From Gemmatimonadota bacterium (GTDB lineage Bacteria > Gemmatimonadota > Gemmatimonadetes > Gemmatimonadales > Gemmatimonadaceae), in contig JAZJZK010000005.1 of assembly GCA_040389905.1 (NCBI GenBank), positions 96,001-160,000 of the forward strand: 64,000 nt of DNA, given 5' to 3'. A program made the translations under genes and the position numbers. Numbering within the stretch: position 1 is the first letter of the stretch; each line of letters begins with the position of its first letter. Positions 1 through 9,531 of the stretch are shown in pieces. The notes under the pieces were generated by a model that worked only from the letters and a program-made list of their open reading frames with translations, did no database searches and was not told the DNA's origin.

Positions 1-157
1 CGCCAGCAATGGCGATGAACGCGTCGGCGAGCGGCTTGTTCCGTAAGCTGTCGAAGGCGACGCCGCGAACGCGCGGTACGACGCTCGCGCCCTGCGCGGT
101 GAGCGCGGTGCGTGCAGGCAGCAGGGCCGCGATGGCGAGAACCAGCGCTCGGGACAA
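1..157 (-). CDS. Partial CDS (runs off window start): secreted protein, probably with a carboxypeptidase-regulatory-like domain
   Basis: Not in the ORF track. Manual minus-strand translation gives (L/M)SRALVLAIAALLPARTALTAQGASVVPRVRGVAFDSLRNKPLADAFIAIAG: a signal peptide ending A-Q, then a 'V.G...D.....PL..A' start typical of the CarboxypepD_reg fold. Start codon uncertain (TTG at 157). Confidence 0.55.
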   Translation of the reverse strand, partial: MSRALVLAIAALLPARTALTAQGASVVPRVRGVAFDSLRNKPLADAFIAIAG

Positions 158-236
158 CCTTGGCAGAAACAGCGCTCCGGTGGGGAACTTCCCTAGAGTG
201 TATGCAATCGCCACTCCGGCGCAAGACGGACGTTCG

Positions 237-566
237 TCAGGAGCAGTACAACGTCACGATGTGGACGAACGTCTGATCGGCGCGGAGCGTCAACCGCGTC
301 TCCGATGAAAACTGTGTGCCGATGATCGCGGCAGTGAGCACGCGGTCACCGGGCGGAGTGTGATAGAGTTGCGATGTCTGGCTTCCATGCAACATCTCCG
401 TGCCGACGACGACGCCGTCGATGGAGAATTGCCAGTTGTACACCGACCCGCCGCACAGTGGTGCTTGAATCGAGAACTGGACGATCGCGAACGGGGGTTC
501 GGTGGGAGATCGGCAACCGATACCCAGGAAGAGAAAAACCGCGGCAATCCATTGCGACAGGCGCAT
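237..566 (-). CDS. Hypothetical lipoprotein
   Basis: MRLSQWIAAVFLFLGIGC-RSPTEPP: hydrophobic leader with lipobox-like Cys; lies directly downstream of the GNAT gene on the same strand. Confidence 0.55.
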   Translation of the reverse strand: MRLSQWIAAVFLFLGIGCRSPTEPPFAIVQFSIQAPLCGGSVYNWQFSIDGVVVGTEMLHGSQTSQLYHTPPGDRVLTAAIIGTQFSSETRLTLRADQTFVHIVTLYCS

Positions 567-580
567 GGACGAAATACGTG

Positions 581-1192
581 TCACGCGCGCGAGTTGTTCC
601 CAGCGTGCCGCGCGAGGCGAGTCGTCAGGTGGCGCTTCACGTCGACCCATTCGGCGGCGAGGATGCTGAACATCACGGAATCGCGCACCGTGCCGTCCCT
701 TCTCGCCTGATGGTGACGGATGACGCCGTCACGGTGGGCGCCGAGCGCGGCGATCGCGCGCTGTGATGCGAAGTTGAAGTTATCGGTGCGCAGCCCGACG
801 ACCTTGCAGCCGACGGTGTCGAACGCGTGCGCGAGGAGCAGGAGCTTGCACGCGGTATTCACATGACGTCGCTGCCAGCTCGCGGAATACCAGGTGTGGC
901 CGATCTCGACCCGGTCGATCGCCGGCACGATGTCGTGATAGCGAGTGCTACCCACGATTGCGTTGGTCGATAACTCTCGCACGACCCACGGGAGCATGTG
1001 ACCGGCGTTCTGCCCAGCGAGTGCGATTTCGATGTAGGCGGAGGTACCCGCCGGCTCGGGAACCGCGGTGAACCAGAGCTCCCACAGTCGTCCATCGGAC
1101 GCTGCCTCGGTTAGCGCGTCCGCGTGCGCGAGTGTGAGGGGCTCGAGGCGCACACCATGGCCTTCGAGGGTGACTGGTGAGAGAGTGATCAT
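581..1192 (-). CDS. GNAT family N-acetyltransferase (RimJ/RimL-like)
   Basis: VRLEPL, VGSTRY, EIGHTW, N..SQRAI..LGA..DG..R motifs. Confidence 0.9.
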   Translation of the reverse strand: MITLSPVTLEGHGVRLEPLTLAHADALTEAASDGRLWELWFTAVPEPAGTSAYIEIALAGQNAGHMLPWVVRELSTNAIVGSTRYHDIVPAIDRVEIGHTWYSASWQRRHVNTACKLLLLAHAFDTVGCKVVGLRTDNFNFASQRAIAALGAHRDGVIRHHQARRDGTVRDSVMFSILAAEWVDVKRHLTTRLARHAGNNSRA

Positions 1193-1247
1193 GAGGTTCG
1201 GCGGAATGTTTTTCTCGGACGTGATTGGTGTGCCGCTAATCAGCTGT

Positions 1248-1428
1248 GACAGGTGCTCAGTAGCCAGCTACAGCTTACAGAGTTTCAGGGGGTGTGACAT
1301 TCCGGTTGTTTTGTCGCCCTGAGCAACGCGAAGGGCCTGCACTTATCCCGGTGCGCCAGGCGCAGCGCCACCGGAGCGCCACACCCCCTGACAATCTGTA
1401 GGCTGCGGCTGATCACTGAACGCCTGTC
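1248..1428. repeat. Composite fold-back element: ~47-bp imperfect inverted arms enclosing one TGTC-type REP
   Basis: Arm 1250-1296 matches the reverse complement of 1380-1426 at 37/47 positions (hand count). The internal REP is tgtcgccctgagcaacgcgaagggcctgcac at 1312-1342. A related arm occurs at 17791-17837. Confidence 0.85.
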
Positions 1429-1469
1429 TCATCTGATTGCCGCGCTTCCGCGCTCGATCTCGGAACACG

Positions 1470-2087
1470 CTAGCGCATCGCCACTGCGAGCGTCTCGAAC
1501 CACCAACTCGCCATCGCCGCAACGCCCGCTCCCGCCATCCATCCCCCGAATACGTCCGTCGTCCAGTGCCACCCCAGCGCCACTCGGCTGGCTCCCGTGA
1601 GCGCGCACACGACGATCGCGAGGGGAATCGCCACCGTCAACGGCACGAGCCCCTCGCGAACGAGCAAGTACGCGCTCGTAATGATTACCGCCGTCGCGTT
1701 GGTTGTGTGTCCGCTCGGGTACGCGGCTTCCGTTTTGTCGCGCAGCAGCGCGACCTCGGGACGATGACGGTGGTAGATGAACTTGACCAGATGATGCGTG
1801 ATGATTCCGCCAAGGCTCGCTGCGGCGAGCGGCAGAAGAAAATGACGCGGAGGGCCAGGTCGCGTGTAGATCAGCAGACTGGCGGTGGTCGCCGCGATCG
1901 CCGGATGAACGAGTCGCTCGCCCGTCAGCGTTGCCATACCCGCCGCGCGCCTGAGCCGAAGCCGATGAGGCCCCGCCACATGCTCCATCCAATCGTCGAA
2001 GCGCTGCACAGTCGGCAGCCGAGTCGCGAAGGCAAGGAGAATGCACCCGGAGAACCCCAACATCGCGATGCTCCAGAACGGCGTCAT
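1470..2087 (-). CDS. PAP2 superfamily membrane phosphatase
   Basis: K......RP, YPSGH and SR..LG.HW..DV motifs; hydrophobic segments. Confidence 0.9.
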   Translation of the reverse strand: MTPFWSIAMLGFSGCILLAFATRLPTVQRFDDWMEHVAGPHRLRLRRAAGMATLTGERLVHPAIAATTASLLIYTRPGPPRHFLLPLAAASLGGIITHHLVKFIYHRHRPEVALLRDKTEAAYPSGHTTNATAVIITSAYLLVREGLVPLTVAIPLAIVVCALTGASRVALGWHWTTDVFGGWMAGAGVAAMASWWFETLAVAMR

Positions 2088-2120
2088 TGGAGCCGCAATG
2101 TCATCGAGACACGTCCAAGG

Positions 2121-4532
2121 TCAACGGATCGCGGCGTCAGGAAGCCAGCGCTGAAGCAGATCGCGCACCTGCTCTCGGCTTACCGGTTTGTCGAGTACCG
2201 CCGCGGCGCCGCCGAGCACGCCTCGTGACTCGCTGCCGACCACGCTCACGATGACCACGGGCGTACCCCGAAGGAGATCGTCGCTCTGCAGGATGCGAAA
2301 GACGTCGAAACCGCTGATTTTCGGCAGCCGGAGATCCAGAAAGATCATCGCGGGCAACAGTTCGCGGGCGAGTCGTAGCGCCTCGAACCCACTCGACGCC
2401 TGTACGACATGACAACCGGAATCCTCGAGGAGCTGCCCGAGGAGCAGCCGTGCGTCGGGGTCGTCGTCCACGATGAGCACGCGCGGAGCCGTTCCGTCGT
2501 CGTCCAGTTCACGCGCGCGATCCGGTGGCGTCACCGAGACCGCCGGGGCCTTCATCGGCGTACTCATGCGGGACATACGCGGCGTCTGGCCAATGCGGAT
2601 GATCATCGTCGTGCCTTTGCCTTCTTCGCTTTCGACCTCCAGATAGTGCCCCATCAATTCACACAATGAACGCGAGATGGCGAGGCCGAGTCCCGTTCCA
2701 CCGAATCGTCGCGAGGTGGTGGATTCGGCCTGCTCGAAGACGCTGAAAATGGCGTCCAGCCGGTGCGCCGGAATTCCAATGCCGCTGTCGCGCACGGAGA
2801 GCACGATCGGATTTCCCTGGTCGTCCACGCGAATCGATACGACGACTTCTCCCCGCTCGGTGAACTTGATCGCGTTGCCGATGAGGTTGATGAGTACCTG
2901 CTTCATGCGCGCCGCATCTGTCTGCATGGAGCGGATTTCCGTCGGGACGTCGGCGCGCAGGACGACGGGCCGGTCCCGTGTCTGGCTCTCGAGCTCGTCG
3001 AGGGTTTCACGCACCAGGGTGTCGAGCATCACGGATGACAGCTCGAGCGTCATCCGGCCCGCCTCGATCTTGGACAGATCGAGGATGTCGTTGATGAGGC
3101 CGAGCAGGTGACGTCCGTTGGTGGCAATGCGTTGGAGATAGGAGAGGTCTGCCTCGCGCAGGGTGCCGTGCTTGTTCTTGAGCAGCACGTTCGCGAAGCC
3201 GATGATCGAATTGAGCGGCGTACGGAGCTCGTGGCTCATGCGAGCGAGGAAGTCACTCTTGGCCCGACTCGCTGCTTCCGCCGCGTCCCGCGCCTCGACG
3301 AGCTCGAGCTGCGTTCGCTTCCGTGCCGTGATGTCTCGGAAATTGACGACGGCGCCAGAGACCTGGTTGTTCTCCCGAATCGGCGATGCCGAGTACTCCA
3401 CTTCCAGCGGATCGCCGTTCTTCATCCACATGACTTCGTCCACTTCGCTGCACGGCACGCCAAGAACGGCCGCGAGATGGATTGGGGACTCCGACGCGGG
3501 ATACGGAGTCCCGTCGCGCTTCTTGCTGTGCGTCAACTCGTGCATCGACTGTCCGACGAGTTCCTCCGGCTGGTAGCCGAGCATTTCCGAGCCTCGGCGA
3601 TTGACGAAGGTGATGTAGCCGCGCGCGTCGAGTCCGTAGATGCCTTCACCCGACGCGTCGAGCAGGCGTCGGATATTCGTCGAGAGCCGTTGCCGTTCTT
3701 CGTTCGCCGCGCGCCGGTCGGTGATGTCGCGCAGCGTGCCCATCGTACCGGCGAATCGGCCAGCCTCGTCACGCACCGAATGCATGCTCGCCTCGACCCA
3801 GCGGTAGCCACCGGTGCGTTGGAAGAATCGCACCTCGACGAGGCTGCTCTCGGTTTCGCCATCCACGAGCGGATTGAAGGCGTCGAGCATGCGCTTGCGA
3901 TCGGACGGATGGCCGTACGAGAGGTAATGCGTGCCGAGTGTGGACTCGACGGCGTTGCCCGTCATCGTGGTCCACGCCTGGTTGAGAAAGGTCCAGAGCC
4001 CTTCCGCGTTCGTGCGGAAGAAGACGTCCTGTAGTTGCTCGATCACGGAGCGATACTTCTCTTCGCTCAGGGCGAGCGCCTGGACGGCGGCCTCCCGCTC
4101 CGTGACGTCGTGGATGTGAACCATGCGAGCCGCCCGCCCGTCGAACTCGAGCGGATACGAACTGATCTCGACTTTGAGGATCCGGCCGGTCTTCGTACGG
4201 TGCGTGGCCGTCGCCGAAAAGTGGGCGCCTTGGCGAGACTCCGTGAGCAGGCGGTCGAGCTCGCCCTGTGCGGCGGGTGGCCGAATATCGCGGATCGTCA
4301 TCGCGAGGAATTCGTCGTGCGACCACCCGTAACTTCTGACGGCGGCCTCGTTCACCTCGAGAAACCGCAGCGTTTCCGTGTCGTAGACCCACGCGGGTTG
4401 CGGAGACAGCGCGAACAACGGGCGAAATCGCTCGTCGGCCGTATTCGGCGAAGTTGACGCGCCGGCTAATGCAGAAATATCACCCTCGCTGGAAGACGTG
4501 AATACCGCCTGAGTATCTTGCTTGAGCGCCAC
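2121..4532 (-). CDS. Cytoplasmic hybrid sensor histidine kinase (3 PAS-HisKA-HATPase-REC)
   Basis: Three PAS/PAC units ending DVT/DIT; H-box [15 protein letters not shown] box NLIGNAIKFT; G boxes; C-terminal receiver (LIVDDD...FLD...DKP). Confidence 0.93.
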   Translation of the reverse strand: MALKQDTQAVFTSSSEGDISALAGASTSPNTADERFRPLFALSPQPAWVYDTETLRFLEVNEAAVRSYGWSHDEFLAMTIRDIRPPAAQGELDRLLTESRQGAHFSATATHRTKTGRILKVEISSYPLEFDGRAARMVHIHDVTEREAAVQALALSEEKYRSVIEQLQDVFFRTNAEGLWTFLNQAWTTMTGNAVESTLGTHYLSYGHPSDRKRMLDAFNPLVDGETESSLVEVRFFQRTGGYRWVEASMHSVRDEAGRFAGTMGTLRDITDRRAANEERQRLSTNIRRLLDASGEGIYGLDARGYITFVNRRGSEMLGYQPEELVGQSMHELTHSKKRDGTPYPASESPIHLAAVLGVPCSEVDEVMWMKNGDPLEVEYSASPIRENNQVSGAVVNFRDITARKRTQLELVEARDAAEAASRAKSDFLARMSHELRTPLNSIIGFANVLLKNKHGTLREADLSYLQRIATNGRHLLGLINDILDLSKIEAGRMTLELSSVMLDTLVRETLDELESQTRDRPVVLRADVPTEIRSMQTDAARMKQVLINLIGNAIKFTERGEVVVSIRVDDQGNPIVLSVRDSGIGIPAHRLDAIFSVFEQAESTTSRRFGGTGLGLAISRSLCELMGHYLEVESEEGKGTTMIIRIGQTPRMSRMSTPMKAPAVSVTPPDRARELDDDGTAPRVLIVDDDPDARLLLGQLLEDSGCHVVQASSGFEALRLARELLPAMIFLDLRLPKISGFDVFRILQSDDLLRGTPVVIVSVVGSESRGVLGGAAAVLDKPVSREQVRDLLQRWLPDAAIR

Positions 4533-4586
4533 GCCGCGCGCGAGTACTCGGAGTCCTCAAGATTCCTATTCCAAGGTAGCGAAGCC

Positions 4587-5078
4587 ATGCCTGTCGTACC
4601 GTTTGAGAGCCTGCCCGATTCCTCACGCGTGTGGATCTTCGGAAGCGACCACGTGCTCACGGAGGAAGGTACGAAGGCGCTGCTGGCCGGAGTAGACGCG
4701 CACCTCGAAAGCTGGAAAGCGCACGGTGCGCCACTGACGGTGTCGCGCGAATGGCGCGATGGACGCTTCCTCGTGATTGGAGTCGATCAGAGCACCGAGG
4801 GGGCGTCCGGATGCTCGATCGACGGGCTCTTCCGCGCGCTCCAGCAACTCGAACGCGCCGTAGGAGCGAACATGGTGGGCGGCGGCCGGGTGTTCTATCG
4901 CGACGCACATGGGGCCGTACAGTCCACGACGCGGGCCGAAGTGGAGACCCTCGCCCACAACGGCGAGATCACGAAGGATTCAGTTGTGTTCGATACCACG
5001 CTCACGGACCTCGGCACGTGGCGCGCGTGTTTCGAGCGGCCGGCGAAGGAAACCTGGGTGCGCGACCTGATTCCATGA
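4587..5078 (+). CDS. Conserved hypothetical protein (SRVW / W.AHG.PL / SGCSID motifs)
   Basis: Clean ORF with coding-like codon use, starting at ATG 4587; no Walker motifs. Confidence 0.75.
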   Translation: MPVVPFESLPDSSRVWIFGSDHVLTEEGTKALLAGVDAHLESWKAHGAPLTVSREWRDGRFLVIGVDQSTEGASGCSIDGLFRALQQLERAVGANMVGGGRVFYRDAHGAVQSTTRAEVETLAHNGEITKDSVVFDTTLTDLGTWRACFERPAKETWVRDLIP

Positions 5079-5086
5079 CCGGCGGA

Positions 5087-5159
5087 TTGTCACCCGAGCG
5101 AGCTGCACGTCAAACCCAGACGGAAGGTGCAGATCCCACGACTTTGCTCGGGATGACAA
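5087..5159. repeat. REP doublet (TGTC-type), left unit internally deleted
   Basis: ttgtcacccgagcg...gtgcagatcccacgactttgctcgggatgacaa; same family and spacer as 12090 and 32934; lies between convergent genes. Confidence 0.85.
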
Positions 5160-5173
5160 CGGCTGACGCTGGG

Positions 5174-6223
5174 TCAGCCCAACCACTTATCCAGATTCGC
5201 TTTCACAAAATCATCATCCGCCAACTCCGGATGCAGCGCACACACCCGGTCGATCTCCGCGCTCTGGCCGGGCGATAGGCCCTCCGAGGGATCGAGGCAC
5301 CAGATGCCTCGCATCAGTCCCTGCCGGCGAAGGACCTCGTGAATGCCGGCAATGCATCCCGCGAATCCATTCGCGGCATCGAAGATCGCGCCGTTTGCGT
5401 CGGTGAGCGCCATCGCGTCGGTGAGCGTCGGTAGCTGCCCAGGTCCCATCGGCTCGCGAATGCGGTGAAGCAAGTCCACCGCGGAGTGCGTCCAGACCGC
5501 CCATTGTCCGAGCAAGCCGCCGGCGAAGTACGATGAGCCCGCTGCCGACACGGGAAATGGAGTCATCAAGTCGAGGATGATCGAATCGTCGTTCCCCGTG
5601 TACAGCGCGATGTCATTCCGCCCCGAATCGGCAACGGCCCGCACGACATCGAGCGTCTGGTACCGGTTGAACGGCGCCACCTTGATCGCCCACACGTTCT
5701 TGATCGTCGCGAATTCGCGCCAGAACGCATAGCTCAACACACGGCCGCCCACAGCCGGCTGAAGATAGAAGCCGAAGAGTGGCATGACCTCCGCCACGGT
5801 ACGGCAATGCGCGATCAGCTCCGCGTCGGACGCCTCCTTCAATGCGCCAAGCCCGAGCAATGCGACGTTGTACCCGAGACTCTTCGCCAGCTCTGCCTCG
5901 GCAACGGCCTGCCGGGTCTCGCCTATGACGCCCGCGACCAGCACGATCGGATCATCGAGGGAGTGCCACGTACGGACGGTGTCGGCCGCGAGCTCGAGCA
6001 CGGGGCGGTAGAGACCGTGACGTGCATCGCGAATGGCGAACTGCGTCGTGTGCACGCCGACGGCGAGACCGCCGGCGCCTGCGTCGAGATAGTAGCGAGT
6101 GAGGGCGCGCTGATGCCGTTCGTCGAGTCGTCGCTCAGCGGTCAGCGCCAGAGGATGCGCCGGAATGACCAAGCCAAAACTCACCCGTGCGCGAATTGCT
6201 TGCAGTCGCTCAAAAGTGTCCAT
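5174..6223 (-). CDS. Dihydrodipicolinate synthase-like (class I aldolase) family protein
   Basis: GLAVGVHTTQF, FYLQPAVGG and AIKVAPF (Schiff-base Lys). Start placed at MDTF (6223), overlapping the upstream gene's end. Confidence 0.85.
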   Translation of the reverse strand: MDTFERLQAIRARVSFGLVIPAHPLALTAERRLDERHQRALTRYYLDAGAGGLAVGVHTTQFAIRDARHGLYRPVLELAADTVRTWHSLDDPIVLVAGVIGETRQAVAEAELAKSLGYNVALLGLGALKEASDAELIAHCRTVAEVMPLFGFYLQPAVGGRVLSYAFWREFATIKNVWAIKVAPFNRYQTLDVVRAVADSGRNDIALYTGNDDSIILDLMTPFPVSAAGSSYFAGGLLGQWAVWTHSAVDLLHRIREPMGPGQLPTLTDAMALTDANGAIFDAANGFAGCIAGIHEVLRRQGLMRGIWCLDPSEGLSPGQSAEIDRVCALHPELADDDFVKANLDKWLG

Positions 6224-7229
6224 CGCGTTTCTCGAAGCCCGTTGGTTTGCCGAGGAGGCGGCCGCCGTGCTGGATCCAGCCAGTGACCCAGTCGAGCAGT
6301 GTCTCGAGCGGAAGGAGCTCAGCGTCCAATGCCTCAGCCATTCTCGCACCGTTGCTGAGCAGTGCATCCGCACGCTCCTCGCCGGCGAAAACAGGCTTTA
6401 TGCCGAGCCGTTCTCCAATGCGGTGGGCGAGATCAGCCACGCGAAGCGTCGCCGGGCCGGCGACGTTCAGGATATAAGGTTCAGGCGCGGTCGCGCGTGC
6501 GAGTGACGCGAGCGCCACGGCGTTCGCATCACCCTGCCAGATGACATTCACGTAGCTCATGCGAAGGTCGATCGGCTGTCCGGCAGCGATGCGTGACGCC
6601 AGGTCGGTGAGGACGCCATAGCGAAGATCGTGTGCATAGTTCAGACGGATAATCGACACCGGGGACCGATGTCGCGCCGCGGCGGCCGTGAAGAGTCGTT
6701 CGCGCGCGAGGCACGAGTACGCGTACTCGCCGATGGGTGCCGGCTCATCGTATTCGGTGGACCCGCCGCGTGACGGCTGAGAGAGCGGGTACACGTTGCC
6801 CGTGCTGAACACCACGGTGCGTGAGCCGGCATATCGTTCGCTCGCGAATGCCGGAACCGCCGCGTTCATCGCCCACGTCGCTGACGGATTCCCCGACGTG
6901 CCGAATTTCTGGCCGGCCATGAATACGACATTGGCAGCGCCGGGAAGCAGCTCGACCGCGACCGGATTCAAGAGGTCCGCGATGATGATCTCGACGCCAA
7001 GTGCTGCGAGCGACACCGCAGCCTTCTCGTCCGACCAACGCGAGACGGCGATGACACGCCGATCCGGTGCGGCGCGCTTGGCCATGCGGGTGAGCGACGG
7101 GCCCATTTTTCCACCTGCGCCGAGCACGATGATATCGCCGGGTGCTCCGGCGAGGGCGTCGATCAGTTGGTCAGGTGGACGCGACAGTCGTTCGTCGAGT
7201 TCCCGCTCGTCGCGCGGGGCGCCTTCCAC
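6210..7229 (-). CDS. NAD-dependent epimerase/dehydratase family protein
   Basis: GAGGKMG Rossmann motif, FSTGNVY, EYAYSC..RE. Confidence 0.85.
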   Translation of the reverse strand: MEGAPRDERELDERLSRPPDQLIDALAGAPGDIIVLGAGGKMGPSLTRMAKRAAPDRRVIAVSRWSDEKAAVSLAALGVEIIIADLLNPVAVELLPGAANVVFMAGQKFGTSGNPSATWAMNAAVPAFASERYAGSRTVVFSTGNVYPLSQPSRGGSTEYDEPAPIGEYAYSCLARERLFTAAAARHRSPVSIIRLNYAHDLRYGVLTDLASRIAAGQPIDLRMSYVNVIWQGDANAVALASLARATAPEPYILNVAGPATLRVADLAHRIGERLGIKPVFAGEERADALLSNGARMAEALDAELLPLETLLDWVTGWIQHGGRLLGKPTGFEKRDGHF

Positions 7230-7976
7230 TTATCTGCCTGCGGCGAGCTCGCGTTGCAACTCGTGCCGCGCCGCATCGATGATGTCACGCGTGCGGTTGC
7301 GGAGGTCCGCGACATCAGCGCTCGTCATGCCTGTCGTCGGAATGGGTGCGAGGACGCGTGCCTTTGCGCGTGCCCGCCGAAAGGCGAAACTCCCCTTGGC
7401 CATGCAGTTCCGCGTGCCGGCGACAGCGATGGGCAGGATCGGAACGCCCGCTTCGATCGCAAGCTTGAAGGCGCCGTCCTTGAACGGCAACAGCTCCTCG
7501 GTGGGTGCGCGCGTTCCCTCGGGGAAGATCATCACGCTGACCTTCTTGCTCAGCCGGTCGCGACAGCCGCGCATGGCGCTGACCACGCTCTCGCGCTTCC
7601 CCCGGACGATAGGAATGTCGTTGGCCATCCGCATCATCCAACCCATGACGGGAATCTTGAACATCGTGTCCTTTGACAGCCACTTCATTTCCCACGGGAA
7701 GTGACTGATGAGGAAAATGTCCGCGTACGACTCGTGGTTCGATACAGCGATATACGGCAAACGTGGATTGGCCGGCGCCTCGCCGTCCACGTCGAAATGC
7801 CACATCGGATTGAGCGTGACTTGCGCCATGGCGAGATGACGGAAGGCGCGTCCAGCCCGGTAGCGCCCGGGGTCGAAGGGCGCGGTCACGAGCCAAACCG
7901 CGGCCACGTAGAAGACGCCAAAGACGACAACGCCGACCGTGGTCACCCAGCCGATGGCACTCAGAATACGCGTCAT
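7230..7976 (-). CDS. plsC: 1-acyl-sn-glycerol-3-phosphate (lysophospholipid) acyltransferase
   Basis: NHESYAD (NHxxxxD), IFPEGTR and FK.GAF motifs. Confidence 0.88.
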   Translation of the reverse strand: MTRILSAIGWVTTVGVVVFGVFYVAAVWLVTAPFDPGRYRAGRAFRHLAMAQVTLNPMWHFDVDGEAPANPRLPYIAVSNHESYADIFLISHFPWEMKWLSKDTMFKIPVMGWMMRMANDIPIVRGKRESVVSAMRGCRDRLSKKVSVMIFPEGTRAPTEELLPFKDGAFKLAIEAGVPILPIAVAGTRNCMAKGSFAFRRARAKARVLAPIPTTGMTSADVADLRNRTRDIIDAARHELQRELAAGR

Positions 7977-7992
7977 GGTCGAGTCTGGGGGC

Positions 7993-8436
7993 TCAGGCGC
8001 GAATGAAATCGGGACGCCAATCCGTGATGGCGCGCTTCACGGAGTCCGTCGTGGGTAATTCACCACTCAAGCATCGCTCCACGAGACTCGGGAGCTCGGC
8101 ATCTCCTGCGAACCGCAACCCGATGAGCTGCCGTAACGCCAGTTCGGAGATGCGATTCCGCAGCTCCGGCGCAAGCGTGGTCGCGAGACGAAGTCGCATC
8201 TCCAGTCCGATCAGTCGGTTCTGGACGAACAGGGTTGACGCGCGGTTCGCAAGCAAGGCCGCGAGGAGGCCGATGGCGACCACCACCAGCCACCCGTTGA
8301 ACAGCGACGGTTGGCGAACGGCATGCGCGACGGCGATGACGATATTTGCAAGGAGGATGGGGAGGGCGACGTAGTGATAGAGCGGGAAGTATCGCTTGTG
8401 ATTGGCGTATGTCTGTGGAGCGCGTTTCGTGGCCAT
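7993..8436 (-). CDS. Small membrane protein, DUF6526-like
   Basis: QTYANH..Y.PLYHY N-terminus, two TM segments, QNRLI..EMRLR, LIGLRFA.D.EL, W.PD..R C-terminus. Confidence 0.7.
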   Translation of the reverse strand: MATKRAPQTYANHKRYFPLYHYVALPILLANIVIAVAHAVRQPSLFNGWLVVVAIGLLAALLANRASTLFVQNRLIGLEMRLRLATTLAPELRNRISELALRQLIGLRFAGDAELPSLVERCLSGELPTTDSVKRAITDWRPDFIRA

Positions 8437-8447
8437 GTAGAGTCCGG

Positions 8448-8891
8448 TCAGGCAATTGCCCGCTGCGCGTGACGTTTCACGCGAGCGAGCATGGCGTTGA
8501 GTCCCACTTCGCGCCCCGCGAGTCCGATACCGTCCATCACCTGCCGGACGAAGTCATCGGGGATCGCGAGCGTGGTTTCGGGAGGATGTCCGTTGATCGC
8601 GGAGAAGAGAATGGCGAGGAACGCCGCGATGGTCGGGGACTGGCGAACATTGAGATCGACGTGGAAATAGAGCTTGCCGTCACGCATTTCGGGGAACAAA
8701 TCGACTCGCGTTTGGCATTCCGGAACGGTAAACTCGCTGCGGTCGAGTGCCGCGAAGCGTTCGGGCAGCGGAGGAAGCTGTTTGGCGTAGTGGAGAAGGG
8801 ACTGCATTTTTTCTTCGCGCGACAGGGCGCGAAACCTGCTCAGCACTCGCGCCACGGAGGCGGGGAGTGGCTGGTCGGCCGGTTCCGTCAT
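8448..8891 (-). CDS. sufE: SufE family Fe-S assembly sulfur-acceptor protein
   Basis: LL.YAK.LPPLP, V.ECQT.V (catalytic Cys), R..GL.AML.R.K. Confidence 0.82.
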   Translation of the reverse strand: MTEPADQPLPASVARVLSRFRALSREEKMQSLLHYAKQLPPLPERFAALDRSEFTVPECQTRVDLFPEMRDGKLYFHVDLNVRQSPTIAAFLAILFSAINGHPPETTLAIPDDFVRQVMDGIGLAGREVGLNAMLARVKRHAQRAIA

Positions 8892-8979
8892 GGCAGGAGA
8901 TAAAACCCAACGGAAACGATGCGTCAAGCTTGGCGCCCCTTCGGCGCGCCGCTCTTTTCCCAATTCTCGAGGACGAACA

Positions 8980-9411
8980 ATGCCAACACGCAAGGCGACA
9001 GCAAAGTGGACCGGTGGCTTCAAGGACGGCGGCGGTGAGTTTCGCAGCGAAACCGGCCTGGGGGCGAGCTACAGTTTCGGTACGCGTTTCGGTGAGGCCG
9101 TCGGTTCGAATCCGGAAGAGCTCCTCGCCGCCGCGGAAGCCGCGTGTTTCAGCATGGCGCTGACCGTGGGCCTCGAGAAGGAAGGGTTCAAGCCGACGAG
9201 CGTGGAGACGGAGGCCGCGTGCACCATTGAAAAGGTCGGCGAGGGCATGAAGATCACCAGGATGCAGTTGACGACCACCGCCGTCGTTCCCGGTGCCGAC
9301 GATGCGAAGTTCCAGGCCATCGCCCAGGCGACGAAGGAAGGCTGCCCGGTCTCGTCGGCCTTGAAAGGGAACGTTCAAATCGACCTGACGGCGACCCTGC
9401 AAGTCGGCTGA
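8980..9411 (+). CDS. osmC: OsmC family peroxiredoxin
   Basis: A.W.G..K.G.G, YSF.TRF, NPEELLAAA.AACF, CPVS.AL. Confidence 0.93.
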   Translation: MPTRKATAKWTGGFKDGGGEFRSETGLGASYSFGTRFGEAVGSNPEELLAAAEAACFSMALTVGLEKEGFKPTSVETEAACTIEKVGEGMKITRMQLTTTAVVPGADDAKFQAIAQATKEGCPVSSALKGNVQIDLTATLQVG

Positions 9412-9427
9412 CGGCAAACTGCAACAA

Positions 9428-9531
9428 AATGAACGCGGATTGAGCAGATGGAAGCGGATTATGTCCGATCAAAGCACTGCGTGCGGTTGATCCGATTTTA
9501 TCCGCTTCAATCCGCCCAATCCGCGTTCATT
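9428..9531. repeat. Palindromic repeat, GCGGAT/ATCCGC 9-nt-period family
   Basis: aatgaacgcggattgagcagatggaagcggat...atccgcttcaatccgcccaatccgcgttcatt; second copy at 22038-22101. Confidence 0.85.
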
